Assembly (NCBI RefSeq): GCF_001194135.2
Contig: NC_068982.1
Coordinates: 172,897,078-172,938,087 of the forward strand
Source: Octopus bimaculoides
Taxonomy: Eukaryota
Reading direction: 5' to 3'
DNA: 41,010 nucleotides
The notes under the pieces are model-generated. The model was not told the origin of the DNA. It was given only the letters and a program-made list of their open reading frames with translations, and did not search any database. Position numbers and translations under genes: made by a program. How positions within the stretch are numbered: position 1 is the stretch's first letter; each line of letters starts with the position of its first letter. Shown one piece after another: positions 1 to 11,832 of the stretch.

Positions 1-31
<31 letters not shown>

Positions 32-165
32 CACACACACATATATATGTATGTATATGTGTATATATGTGTGTATGTGGATATGTGTGTGTATATGTAT
101 GTGTGTGTGTGTATATATATATATGTGTGTGTGTAAATATATATGTATATGTGTATACATATATA

Positions 166-202
<37 letters not shown>

Positions 203-228
203 GTGTGTGTGCATATATTTGTGTGTGT
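1..228. repeat. Compound (TA)/(CA)/(TG) microsatellite
   Basis: Directly visible. Confidence 0.95.
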
Positions 229-248
229 AGTTTCAGCTCTGTCTTACT

Positions 249-340
249 GCATAGCATCTTGAGCAAGTGGCTTTTACTATTGTTTTGAGCTGAACAAACC
301 TTGTGAGTGAATTCACTAGACAGAAACTGAAAGAAGCCTG
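249..340 (+). mobile_element. SINE family A fragment
   Basis: ccttgtgagtgaattcactagacagaaactgaaagaagcc matches the family core. Confidence 0.6.
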
Positions 341-646
341 TTTAATGTATAAATAATATATGTATGTATATAATGAGTGTGGGTGAGCATGTGCGTGTTT
401 GCCTCCTTGTCTTGACGTCACATTATAATTGTAAACAAGTATCAACATTGTGTGAATGGTGCCATTACTTCTAGTTTTGCGTGAAATTACACCCAACCAT
501 GGCACAATATTACCTTAGTTGGAAATAGTGAGGGCTCAAAACGAGAAGGGCATCAAGCTATAGAAAATGAATGCCTCAGTGAATTCCATGTGAGCCTTGC
601 AAGCATGGAAAAACTTATATTAAAATGATGATGAAGCACGCACGCG

Positions 647-688
<42 letters not shown>

Positions 689-784
689 TAAATATGTGTG
701 TGTGCGTGTGTGAATATATGTGCATGTATGTATGTATGTATACATTCATGTACATCTCTCTTTCTCCCTCCCTCCCTCTCTCTG

Positions 785-822
<38 letters not shown>

Positions 823-1460
823 NNNNNNNNNNNNNNNNNNNNNNNNNNNNNNNNNNNNNNNNNNNNNNNNNNNNNNNNNNNNNNNNNNNNNNNNNNNNNN
901 NNNNNNNNNNNNNNNNNNNNNNNNNNNNNNNNNNNNNNNNNNNNNNNNNNNNNNNNNNNNNNNNNNNNNNNNNNNNNNNNNNNNNNNNNNNNNNNNNNNN
1001 NNNNNNNNNNNNNNNNNNNNNNNNNNNNNNNNNNNNNNNNNNNNNNNNNNNNNNNNNNNNNNNNNNNNNNNNNNNNNNNNNNNNNNNNNNNNNNNNNNNN
1101 NNNNNNNNNNNNNNNNNNNNNNNNNNNNNNNNNNNNNNNNNNNNNNNNNNNNNNNNNNNNNNNNNNNNNNNNNNNNNNNNNNNNNNNNNNNNNNNNNNNN
1201 NNNNNNNNNNNNNNNNNNNNNNNNNNNNNNNNNNNNNNNNNNNNNNNNNNNNNNNNNNNNNNNNNNNNNNNNNNNNNNNNNNNNNNNNNNNNNNNNNNNN
1301 NNNNNNNNNNNNNNNNNNNNNNNNNNNNNNNNNNNNNNNNNNNNNNNNNNNNNNNNNNNNNNNNNNNNNNNNNNNNNNNNNNNNNNNNNNNNNNNNNNNN
1401 NNNNNNNNNNNNNNNNNNNNNNNNNNNNNNNNNNNNNNNNNNNNNNNNNNNNNNNNNNNN
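823..1460. other. Assembly gap (638 N)
   Basis: N run flanked by (TA)n. Confidence 1.
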
Positions 1461-1505
<45 letters not shown>

Positions 1506-2561
1506 TATACATATACGCACACATATATTGATAGATATACTGATATTGATGCATATGAGTATGTATATATATATATATATATATATATAAAGATAGATAG
1601 ATAGATATACTCATACACATGTCTGTTTGCTTTGATATTTACATATGAGCAATTTTGTTAAGTAAAGGAGTCTCTGTAGTTTGATGTAATATGCTGTGCT
1701 TGTATTTTCAAGATGTGTGTGGAAGCAGCACAGTGCTGTGGTCTGTGTGCACACGCTACACTATTATAATGTGTTGTATGGAACAGTGAGTAATGCAGTT
1801 TATGTGAGGGTTGTGATTGCATATGTGAACGTCTATGGCTGTGTATGTATGTATGTGTTGTATAATGTGCTTAGGTTACATTATCTGGAGCGGATACACT
1901 ACACTGCTTCTCTGGGTGTATGTATGTTTGTATGTAGGCGTGTGAGTGTGTGTGTGTGTGTGTGTGCATGTGCTCTTTGAATACTTTGCTGTGTGGAGCT
2001 GTGATGTATTTTATGTGTAGTTCTTTATCTGACTGAATATGAATGTAATATGCTGTGCTTGTATTTTGCTGTATCTGTGTGTGTGAGAGTGTGTGTGTGT
2101 GTGTGCTGCTTGTGTTCTCGTGTAGTGTGTGATGTTGCATAGAGCATGTGTATGTAGGTGGGCGGGTGGGTGTTTTGTTGGATATTTTATGTTTGTGTGT
2201 GTGTTTGTATATGATCTCTCTCATATTTGTCTGTATATGTGTTGTATTACGTGATCTGTCTCTGTTTTCTCTGTGTGTGTGTGTGTGTGCATGCATGCAT
2301 TATTTTATTTGGTGTATAATTTAATACAGTGTGATATGCTGCGTGTGCTTTTTTCTGTATGTGCATGCATGTTATGATGTATGGTGGCATATAATTGGAT
2401 TTGTTTTGTTATGTAATTTGATGAATGTATGTCGAATGATATAATATAGTGTGTGCGTGTATTTTTGTATGTGTGTGAATATATACATTTTATGGAGAAA
2501 GTGTTTGTGTGTCAGGGTGATAGAGAGAAGTGTAGTAAAGCGTGTGCATAATGTGTGACAG

Positions 2562-2596
<35 letters not shown>

Positions 2597-2840
2597 ATGC
2601 AGGAAGAGAAGAGCAAAGATGAAATGAAAAATAGAGAAGCAGAGAGGTGGGGATTGGGAAAGAGAAGAGAAAGCAGTGAATGAATGCTACATTGGCACAC
2701 ATCAATAGAAAATAGATTCTCTCTGTGTTCATTTATTTAATTAAATTTTCGCTTATTTTCACTAATTTTGATATTTTATTTTCCTTTCTCTTAACAGCCT
2801 CTGTTTTTTTTTGTTTTTTTTTGCTTCTTTCTCTTAACAG

Positions 2841-2864
2841 CCTTAATTTCTTTAAAGCATCAAT
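2841..2864 (+). CDS. Candidate 24-nt microexon
   Basis: Acceptor ttgcttctttctcttaacag| at 2840 and donor aat|gtgagt at 2865. Two of three frames are open (LISLKHQ or LNFFKAS). Confidence 0.2.
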
Positions 2865-3137
2865 GTGAGTGTGTATGCACAGTCTGTATGTTTGTGGTGT
2901 ATATGTGTGCGTGAGTGTGTGTGTCGGCATATGTGTGCGTGGTTGAGTGTTTGGTGTGCATTGTGCGTTGTGTAGCACAAACATTTGTAGATACATGCGT
3001 ACAAGCACACTCATGTACCCACACAGATCTGGCAACAAACATAGGTGTACTCCTCAATACACACACACACATGTGTGTATGGATATGTAACTGGGTGTAC
3101 TTGTAAGAATCTACAAATGTTGGTATATTTCTACGTG

Positions 3138-3177
<40 letters not shown>

Positions 3178-3191
3178 NNNNNNNNNNTATA

Positions 3192-3223
<32 letters not shown>

Positions 3224-3327
3224 ATGTGTGTGTGTGTATATGTCTATAAGACCCAGCATAGAAAATGGACATTAGATGATGCTGATGGATGGATAGATAG
3301 ACAGTTAGACAGATGCGTGTATTTTTG

Positions 3328-3445
3328 TATCAATGGTTTCTATAATTGGATGCCTTTCCTAACGGCAACCACTTTAGTGCATTATACTGAGTGCATTTGT
3401 TTTCATGGCACCAGCACTTTTGAGGTTGCCTTGATGTGAGCAAGA
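3328..3445 (-). mobile_element. Retroposon family D 5' part
   Basis: ggtttcta...ggatgcctttcctaacg...ttttcatggcaccagcac. Confidence 0.65.
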
Positions 3446-3750
3446 CCAAAGACCCCCTTTACAAGCCTGTTGTTTGCTGCTCAAATTGATTACCTATCAC
3501 TTTAGAGAGAATAATTGAGAGAATTGTGTTGGGTAGGGATAATGGAGACTAGAAAGAGAAGGGGATGTATAATATCAGGGGTTGGTGTGAAAGAGCGGGG
3601 GAGGACAAACAGGTTATGGTGATGGATCAGTCTGCCTGCCATGTTAGCTTTTGTTGGACAGTTAGTGCATCATGATCCATGTGAGTGATCAGACACACAC
3701 CTTAAAACACTTGCTGCAGCTATTTCTCTCACTCTTTCGCTCTGTATTGT

Positions 3751-3813
3751 AAGTTCAAATCCTCTGGGGATAACTTGGTCTTTCCTCCTTTCAGGGATCG
3801 ATAAAGTACCAGT
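3751..3813 (+). mobile_element. SINE family B fragment
   Basis: gttcaaatcc...tttcctcctttcagggatcgataaagtaccagt. Confidence 0.55.
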
Positions 3814-3999
3814 CCAAACTGGTAATGCTGGTGGAAATGTTGTTGCATCAGACCAAGATACATTGTGATATCTACTCTGGCTCTTTTGAGTTGCTGTGTC
3901 CAGATACCGGCTAGGGATTCACATCCCATTCATAGTCACTTCTCACACACCTAAACAGAACATGTTATGGCAGACTGGGACATAAATTACAGCATCAGC

Positions 4000-4190
4000 T
4001 TCTCTTTGCCATTAATTAGGCAGGCCTTCACATTGTCCCCCACACCATTGTATATGGACACAATGGACTCGGACTTCCAACCCTTGCGAGTACCACATTT
4101 ACGACTTTTACCCGAGCTAATCAAACTAACTAGCAAGTGGTCCTAGGGTTTCTGAAATCTTGGAAACACTCTTGACAAGGAGGAAGCACT
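4000..4190 (+). mobile_element. Possible decayed non-LTR retrotransposon fragment
   Basis: Frame reads LHIVPHTIVYGHNGLGLPTL (GLGLP at 4065-79), like the post-RT 'yg....GGLGLP' motif; flanked by stops. Confidence 0.3.
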
Positions 4191-4442
4191 GACAATTATA
4201 TATACATATTTACACACACACACACACATGTATATATGTATACCTATATAAGCACAAATGAATGGTGCATTTTGTGTGTGTGTGGATCTGCTGTATGCTA
4301 TGTAGCAACAGTAGCAATATTACTATTACTGTTTGATGATCATGAATAATAATAATAATAATAATATTGGTGCACCAGCATGACCGCAGCCACTTGGCTG
4401 AAACACATAAATAAATAAATAAATAAAAATAATAATAATAAT

Positions 4443-4657
4443 GATTCTTTCTACTATTGGCACAAGGCCTGAATTTTAGGAGAAGGGGATAGTCAATTAC
4501 ATCGATCCCAGTACTCAAGTGGTACTTAATTTATCGACCCTGAAAGGATGAAAGGCAAGAGTTGAATTCAGCAGAATTTGAACTCAGAACCTGAAGACTG
4601 ATGAAATGCTGCTAAGCATTTTGCTCAGTGTGCTAATGATTCTGCCAGCTCACTGCC
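4443..4657 (-). mobile_element. tRNA-derived SINE family B (head GAGCTGGCAGAA)
   Basis: Reverse complement of 39653-39872 and 27263-27457, including B-box GTTCAAATTC. A second partial copy follows at 4727-4838. Confidence 0.8.
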
Positions 4658-6489
4658 TTAATAGTATTATAATAATGATAATTCTTTCTCCTAATAATCA
4701 CTCCTATTTTATAATGATAATAATAATTCCTTTTTCTGTAGACACAAGGCCTGAAATTTCAGAGGTGGAGGAAGTCAGTTACATTAATCCAGTGCTCAGC
4801 TGGTGCTTACTTTGTGGACCCTGAAAAGAATGAAAGGCTGTTGCTAATAACAACAATAAGGACTTCTTACAGTGATGCCAGGGCACAATAATTCCCAGTG
4901 TTTTATTATATTGAGTTGGGAAGGATTTGATGTCTAAAACTCATTTTACCACTATATCGCCTTTTATGATGATGGTGGTGGTGGTGGTGGTGGCAGTGAT
5001 GATTTTAAAACAACTCTTCGGTGTATGCATGTGTCTATAATTAAGTGATCAACTTGAAAGAGAGAGATGATAAAAGAGGTCTTTGAGTGTGTGTGTGTGT
5101 GTGTCAGAGAGAAAGAGAAATCTTAACCTGTTGTATTATGTCCATGTGTGCTATGGGGCTAATCGATTGATTTTAGAGAATTGGAGGAATTTTCTCAGTG
5201 TATTCCTTTTCTAATTTTGTGAGAATACATATTGCAAGTGAGAGGTGGCAACTCTCTTGGCAGACTAATAATGGTGATTATAGTGAAGACAAAGCATGGA
5301 ACAATGCCTGTAATGTTGTGCACTTGTGGTAGCTGCTGCCTAGACTTCTTAAAGCATGGATACAAGAAGGTGCATGCTTCCAATGTCATGAATTAAATGG
5401 GAGGATGAGAAATAATCTTGGATGAGACAGGACACCAGTCTGTTGTTTTGTATGTAATGAATCTCCAAGGCCCGAATGAGGTCTGTAGATGTCCTGCAAT
5501 GGTATATATTTAGGTAATTACATCATTGCTCTCAGGTGAAAGTTAAGTGTTGAGCTAGATAATTTTATTACTTAGGTACAAGAAAATGAAATGCCAGCAT
5601 TTTTTGATAAAGTTGTATCACTTGAATTTTTTTTTTTTTTTTAAGTTTTAACTTCATTGGAAATAGAAAAGGTTGGAAATTTTTTGGCACAGCTCATTCC
5701 TTGGTCTCCAATGATATTTGTTCATTGGTTTGGTCATCTTGGCTTATACACTCTTTCTCACCACTATCATCATTCTTATCATTATCCTCATATCAACATC
5801 AATACCATTGAATTAGCTCTTTTGTTTCATCACCCACATTATTGCCGACAGGACAGAATGGAAGATGAAGAATACCAGATTGCTGTCCTGCCAGGGTTTT
5901 ATATAATTCCTAATATTAAATACACCACACTTGAACTCCCTGCGGCAATGTTGTCTGCTTTCCACTCTGTCATACATGCTGCTACCACACAGCTCATCTC
6001 CATACCACCTCTGGAGTTTTCATGATACCTCAATTACTAGGATTTCCCTACCACAATTACCACCTTTGTGCACCATAATTGTCACCACCCCAACTATGCC
6101 TTTATCACGATAGTTTCACCACGACCAGCATCTCTACCTTACTGTTATTACCACTGACACCACCACTCGACTATCACAAATGTAATCACTAAGCTATCCC
6201 CACTATACGATCAACGGATTTGGCTAGTGAGCCAATAAAGAAACTTCTAGAAATAACAGTCAAAGAATCCTTCCAGTCAGAACCTCCCAACTTAGACTGT
6301 CTCATTCATCGGTGGCATGGTCACAGATAAAAATATTCTTCAAAGATATTACTCAATCAATGTTGACTTAGGGCTAGACAGTGACAAGAGCAAGAACAGC
6401 AGCATATTGCATATCCACCAGTGCCATGTGGTAGAGTTACTGTTGATAGTTCCAGAAAGTCTGGTAGTACTGATGATTATTGATCAGTT

Positions 6490-6621
6490 TTATAACCAAT
6501 TTTAGTAATTCCAAAATGTTTTCTGTCTCTCTGTCAATATATATATGTGTGCATTATTGGGATGTGTGCTTGTAAGTGTTTGAGAAAGACAGACAGAGTG
6601 TGCAGTCACGCTTAAGGGAGA

Positions 6622-6678
<57 letters not shown>

Positions 6679-7024
6679 AATGGATTAAATACTACTAAAA
6701 CGTACACGTACAGATACAGAAGGACCTTAATTCTTCATTAGTTATCGACCAAAATACTAATACTCAGTTTCCTATGTATACGGTTTGTAGTATTTGATGC
6801 ATTTTTCATTTATTGAGTAACTGAACGCCACGCATCGCGAGTTTTGTTAACAGTAAGTTTATATACATACACACACACACACNNNNNNNNNNTTATAACC
6901 AATTTTAGTAATTCCAAAATGTTTTCTGTCTCTCTGTCAATATATATATGTGTGCATTATTGGGATGTGTGCTTGTAAGTGTTTGAGAAAGACAGACAGA
7001 GTGTGCAGTCACGCTTAAGGGAGA

Positions 7025-7060
<36 letters not shown>
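6490..7060. repeat. Exact duplication across a 10-N gap (6490-~6645 / 6893-~7046), probably an assembly artefact
   Basis: The unique sequence ttataaccaattttag...cttaagggagatg is identical in both copies, and the second starts at the gap edge. Confidence 0.8.
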
Positions 7061-7063
<3 letters not shown>

Positions 7064-7072
7064 GTGTGTGTG

Positions 7073-7105
<33 letters not shown>

Positions 7106-7708
7106 ATAATATAGACGGAGAGAGAGAGTCAACGACTATTGAAAAGGTTGCAAGGCACAACGAAAATTTTAGAAAAAAAAAGGTACTAAAAGAGAATCAC
7201 TGCCTAGAAATAATAATAATAATAATAATAATAATTAATTCGTTTTATTGGCCACAAGGGCTAATATCAATTAAAAACATGTAAGGACAAAGGTTACAAA
7301 AGGTTTTGTCCGAAAAGGTAGGAAAGTTCGTCCAAACAGAGGAAGAAAACGGAGAAAGATATAACAAATAAATAGATAAATAAATAGAACTCCCAAAATA
7401 ATAATAATAATTTGAGGGGATTCTTCATTGTGGGTGTGTGAATATATATATGTGTGTGCGTACTCCATTGTAGGGAGTTCTAGTTCGCCTGTTCGTTCCA
7501 CCTGACCTAACCCATACCAGTTTTGAAAACGAACGTTAAATGATTATCATATCACACACACACACACATATAGTAAAATTCTATAAAGCGCAGGAGTTGT
7601 TCTACGCCGGTAAATACGAGTAATTGAGACTGTAGAAGGAAGTCTATGATTTTCTTATTTTTGAAAGAAAGAAGGGAAGTGAAACGTTTTTTTGTTTTTT
7701 TTTTTTAG

Positions 7709-7796
7709 CAGAAATCTTTGTCGGAGAGGAGTATCAACTGTTGTTGGACCGAATAGATTTAGGAATTACTGATACGAAGAAGAGAGGCAGGAAACG
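7709..7796 (+). CDS. Candidate exon EIFVGEEYQLLLDRIDLGITDTKKRGRK (phase 1-2)
   Basis: Poly-T tract with a NAGNAG acceptor (tag 7708 / cag 7711), open protein-like frame, moderate donor acg|gtcaga at 7797. Could instead be 5'UTR or promoter sequence. Confidence 0.25.
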
Positions 7797-8158
7797 GTCA
7801 GAGAGAGAGAGAGAGAGGCACTGGTAGCAGATTTGAAAAGCATTGAATAGTGGGTGAGGAGGAAACACTGTACGGACATTCGTACCCGCGCGCACACACA
7901 CACACACGCGGTGCGTGTGTGTTGCGGTGAAGGAGGGAGGGAGAAAGAGAGAGAGAGAGAATAATTTCTCCGTACACATGCACCGTATATAGACGTATAT
8001 GTAAACAGAAGCGAGTTTCGCTAATCATTCTCATATATTTGCATGTGTATACCAAATCGCGCGCGCACTCTCACATATTCATCATCTGTGTATTTAAATA
8101 AATACGGTTTATATTTAAAATAAACATACGCGCTCAATTATACCTATAAAGCTGCATA

Positions 8159-8200
<42 letters not shown>

Positions 8201-8275
8201 ACACACAGTAATGTAGAGCTAGTGGCGCGAACCGCAGATATTGGTAGTAGTGAAAAGAAGAGACTCCTTCCGTCA

Positions 8276-8383
8276 ATGGAAATTCTGGGCAAGTCTGATG
8301 ATCCAAGGGAAGCAACTAACAAATTAAGAATTTCCCCATCCCTCATTCTTCAGATGTTCTTTGAGGAAATTCTGGCTCTCTGC
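8276..8383 (+). CDS. Candidate first coding exon MEILGKSDDPREATNKLRISPSLILQMFFEEILALC (phase 0 end)
   Basis: ATG at 8276 within ORF 8222..8479, donor-like tgc|gtcagt at 8384, inside the CpG-rich island. No homology recognised. Confidence 0.3.
8354..8383 (+). CDS. Alternative reading: 30-nt internal microexon (phase 2-2, CSLRKFWLS)
   Basis: Acceptor tttccccatccctcattcttcag| at 8353 and donor gtcagt at 8384. The phase-2 frame is open and compatible with 35718-35801. Confidence 0.2.
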
Positions 8384-8666
8384 GTCAGTGTTTCGTATAT
8401 ATATGTATATATCGTTTCTTTTCCATTCGTTTCACCTGTTGGGCTGTGGCCATGCTGGGGCGCCGCCTCAATGTTTTAACCGAACGAATCGCTTGTCAAT
8501 ACTTCTAACACACAAAAAAGCCTTATACTTATGATTTTTTCGTTCTCTTTCCCCGAAACTGCTAAGTTACGGGAACTTAAACCAACACCCGTTGTGGGGA
8601 AAACATACATGTGTATGTGTGTCAGCACACGTTTGTCGTGGAGACCTTTATCTATCCATCCATCCA

Positions 8667-8721
<55 letters not shown>

Positions 8722-9039
8722 ATATATATATATATATAAACGTCGAGTTAGAATAGAGGCAGCTGATGAATAATTCCAAGTGGCTTTCTGTTTTACTATG
8801 TGTTCGTTCCGTTGTCTGTAGTTCATTGTTCTAACGTCCTGTACCCTGATATGCATCTATATACACATGTAGATGAAAGTATATACATATATGTGTGTAT
8901 ACGTGTACGGTTATCAATTTGTGTTGCAAGAATCCTAATGTGAAATCGTGTGTTGAAACCGATATTGTATTTCGGCAAAAAAAAAAATTACCATCTCGAA
9001 ATATAAAAATATTGTGAGTGGATTTCGGTAGAAGGAATC

Positions 9040-9172
9040 GTCCTTCAGTTTCCTTCCATCGAAATCCACTCCGAAGGCTTTCGGTTGGCTCGAGGCTTAC
9101 AGTGGTGGGACTGAACCCAGAACCGTGTAGTTAAGAAGCAAACCTCTTAGCAGACAGTAACGCCCTGCGCCT
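9040..9172 (-). mobile_element. SINE family A 5' half, diverged
   Basis: ttcagtttcc...aaatccactc...aggctttcggttggctcgaggct...gggactgaacccagaacc, the reverse complement of the family head. Confidence 0.65.
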
Positions 9173-9944
9173 ATTCGTTTCATTCCTCTTGTTAGCAGTG
9201 TATCAGTTGAGTTCTGGGCTCAAGAACTTGTAGCATTTTGTAATAATGTTTACTACGTTGTTAGTTCCATACCTGACTTGGTTCAAACTCTTACCGTTCT
9301 TCACTCCAGTAGAGATGAAATGGGTGGTAGCGAAAAGTAACAAGGACGAAAATGTCCTGTGCTTCTTTCAAAGTTTTTGACCTGTCACCATTAGGAAAAA
9401 TCATTAATTATGTTGATTATACTGAAATGTTGGATGATACCACAAGGTATCTAGTTAGTTACTGCCGTTTATATTCTGTATTCAAATTCCATCGGTGTCT
9501 CTACTATCAGTAGAGACACCCTTTTACTATCAGTGTCAATATAATAGAAATACTAGTCGCATCATTAGTACTATTCATTAGGCTACATTACTCGTACACA
9601 TTTTTCTCACTACAAAACACGTTATATATGAAAGTGTTCCGAATATATATTATCTTTCTCGGAACGATGAAAGTTGAAACGTATGAATCTATAAATGATA
9701 GCATGTAGAGCTAAAAGAAAAAAAAAACTCATATTGTCGGGTAAGTCGAATATTGTCTATGTTTATAATAGACATAGACGCACTCACACAAGGTGTAAAA
9801 TCCCATTGGAGTATATGTTTGAGGCTCTGATGAACCTGTCTGTAGGTTCTTACTCTGGCAGTCAACTATGAGTCAACCTCTCATAGCAGAAACAGCCGTA
9901 ACCTAATGAAGTTCATAAGATAATCAGTTTTTCCCTTTATCATC

Positions 9945-9989
<45 letters not shown>

Positions 9990-10629
9990 TTGTGGGATTT
10001 GTTGAGTGGCTGGGGCGTGTATATTCCAGGTTCTCAGAAGAACAGCGGGTGTAACAAAAACTAATTTTAAGATTTCTTGAGATTTAAAAAAAAAAATCAA
10101 ATTACTTTTTGTTCAGACATGACATATTCTGTCAAATTGAAAGTAAGTTATTGGATTAAAGAATAGAGAAATAATCAAGCATAACTTACACACCGGGCAA
10201 ACTTAAGATAGATACGAGTGCTGTTAGCATGAAAAGTTAATAACTTTATAATAAACATTGTTGGGTCTTTTTGTTGTTGAGATTTTTTCTCCCTTTTTTA
10301 ATGTTTCATGTTAGATCATTTACTCTCGCATTGAACTACAATTAATTCTAATTGCCTCTTAAGAAAAAATGTTTTCTTAAACGAGAGGTGGGTGGAATAC
10401 TGCTAATATTGTTGGTCTTTATCCCCCCTATTTATCTGCCCTGAGCAATCGGATCCAACGTTTTCTGGGGCTACATTATCGCAGTGCTCTTTCTTTTCTC
10501 TAAGATTATAGAGAGATTTGGCTATTATTTCTAGCAGGTCAAGTGGCCGCATACAGCCTCTTCAAACAAATATTAAACATATGTGTATGTACACATGAAT
10601 TGTTGTTGGTGGGTAATGGTATTGCTATG

Positions 10630-10661
<32 letters not shown>

Positions 10662-11005
10662 AGCTGACCTTGGAACTAAGCAGTTTTTAATAAAATGAAA
10701 CACTGTTTACAAGTATTACAACTACATATATAAACAGAAGCGTAACATACATCTTTGTGCGGTGGTCATTTACACCACGCTGGGCACGCACACACACACA
10801 CACACACACACTGAGTGTATGTGTACTCAAAATACACACATGTAGTTGAGCATGTGTGTAATGTGGCGGTGTGTATATATTTGTATACACACACGCATTG
10901 TATGTACCTACATGTATATGTGTACGTATGTGCTTGAATTGTATATAACTTTATATATATTTATTATCTCTATCTCTCTCTCTCTATTTATATATATATA
11001 TATAT

Positions 11006-11772
11006 NNNNNNNNNNNNNNNNNNNNNNNNNNNNNNNNNNNNNNNNNNNNNNNNNNNNNNNNNNNNNNNNNNNNNNNNNNNNNNNNNNNNNNNNNNNNNNN
11101 NNNNNNNNNNNNNNNNNNNNNNNNNNNNNNNNNNNNNNNNNNNNNNNNNNNNNNNNNNNNNNNNNNNNNNNNNNNNNNNNNNNNNNNNNNNNNNNNNNNN
11201 NNNNNNNNNNNNNNNNNNNNNNNNNNNNNNNNNNNNNNNNNNNNNNNNNNNNNNNNNNNNNNNNNNNNNNNNNNNNNNNNNNNNNNNNNNNNNNNNNNNN
11301 NNNNNNNNNNNNNNNNNNNNNNNNNNNNNNNNNNNNNNNNNNNNNNNNNNNNNNNNNNNNNNNNNNNNNNNNNNNNNNNNNNNNNNNNNNNNNNNNNNNN
11401 NNNNNNNNNNNNNNNNNNNNNNNNNNNNNNNNNNNNNNNNNNNNNNNNNNNNNNNNNNNNNNNNNNNNNNNNNNNNNNNNNNNNNNNNNNNNNNNNNNNN
11501 NNNNNNNNNNNNNNNNNNNNNNNNNNNNNNNNNNNNNNNNNNNNNNNNNNNNNNNNNNNNNNNNNNNNNNNNNNNNNNNNNNNNNNNNNNNNNNNNNNNN
11601 NNNNNNNNNNNNNNNNNNNNNNNNNNNNNNNNNNNNNNNNNNNNNNNNNNNNNNNNNNNNNNNNNNNNNNNNNNNNNNNNNNNNNNNNNNNNNNNNNNNN
11701 NNNNNNNNNNNNNNNNNNNNNNNNNNNNNNNNNNNNNNNNNNNNNNNNNNNNNNNNNNNNNNNNNNNNNNNN
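11006..11772. other. Assembly gap (767 N)
   Basis: N run flanked by microsatellites. Smaller gaps at 3178-87, 6883-92, 22541-87, 25433-42, 38665-74 and 39826-35. Confidence 1.

Positions 11773-11832
<60 letters not shown>

Larger units (their letters stand above)
7700..8480. promoter_or_regulatory. CpG-rich, GA/CA-repeat promoter-like island (core of a broader 7.1-9.2 kb CpG-retaining zone)
   Basis: Hand count: about 25 CpG in 7741-8161 versus about 2 in 13921-14340. Recurrent CGCGCG runs at about 7887, 8058 and 8129. Confidence 0.5.

Noticed and set aside
553-1620. Long ORFs of 277-355 aa (also 10846-11838)
   Set aside because: They are open only because they span N gaps and dinucleotide repeats.
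1681-2370. Recurring ATGTAATATGCTGTGCTTGTATTTT word (about 1685, 2043, degenerate at 2333) as a CRISPR-like or satellite array
   Set aside because: Only 2-3 irregularly spaced copies in TG-rich low-complexity eukaryotic DNA.
5657-6025. 122-aa ORF
   Set aside because: First half is His-rich low complexity, there are no good splice sites, and no family is recognised.
8295-8315. CTGATGA-TCC-AAG-GGA hammerhead-like start
   Set aside because: No GAAA and no helix I partner.
9733-9746. Isolated donor cgg|gtaagt (also minus-strand donors at about 9294 and 32018)
   Set aside because: No matching acceptor or frame; they lie in or near repeat-derived sequence.
9823-9900. Hammerhead-like CTGATGA followed by an ACCT/AGGT stem and a later GAAAC
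   Set aside because: GAAA does not follow helix II, and there is no NUH triplet before the pairing strand; the topology fails.
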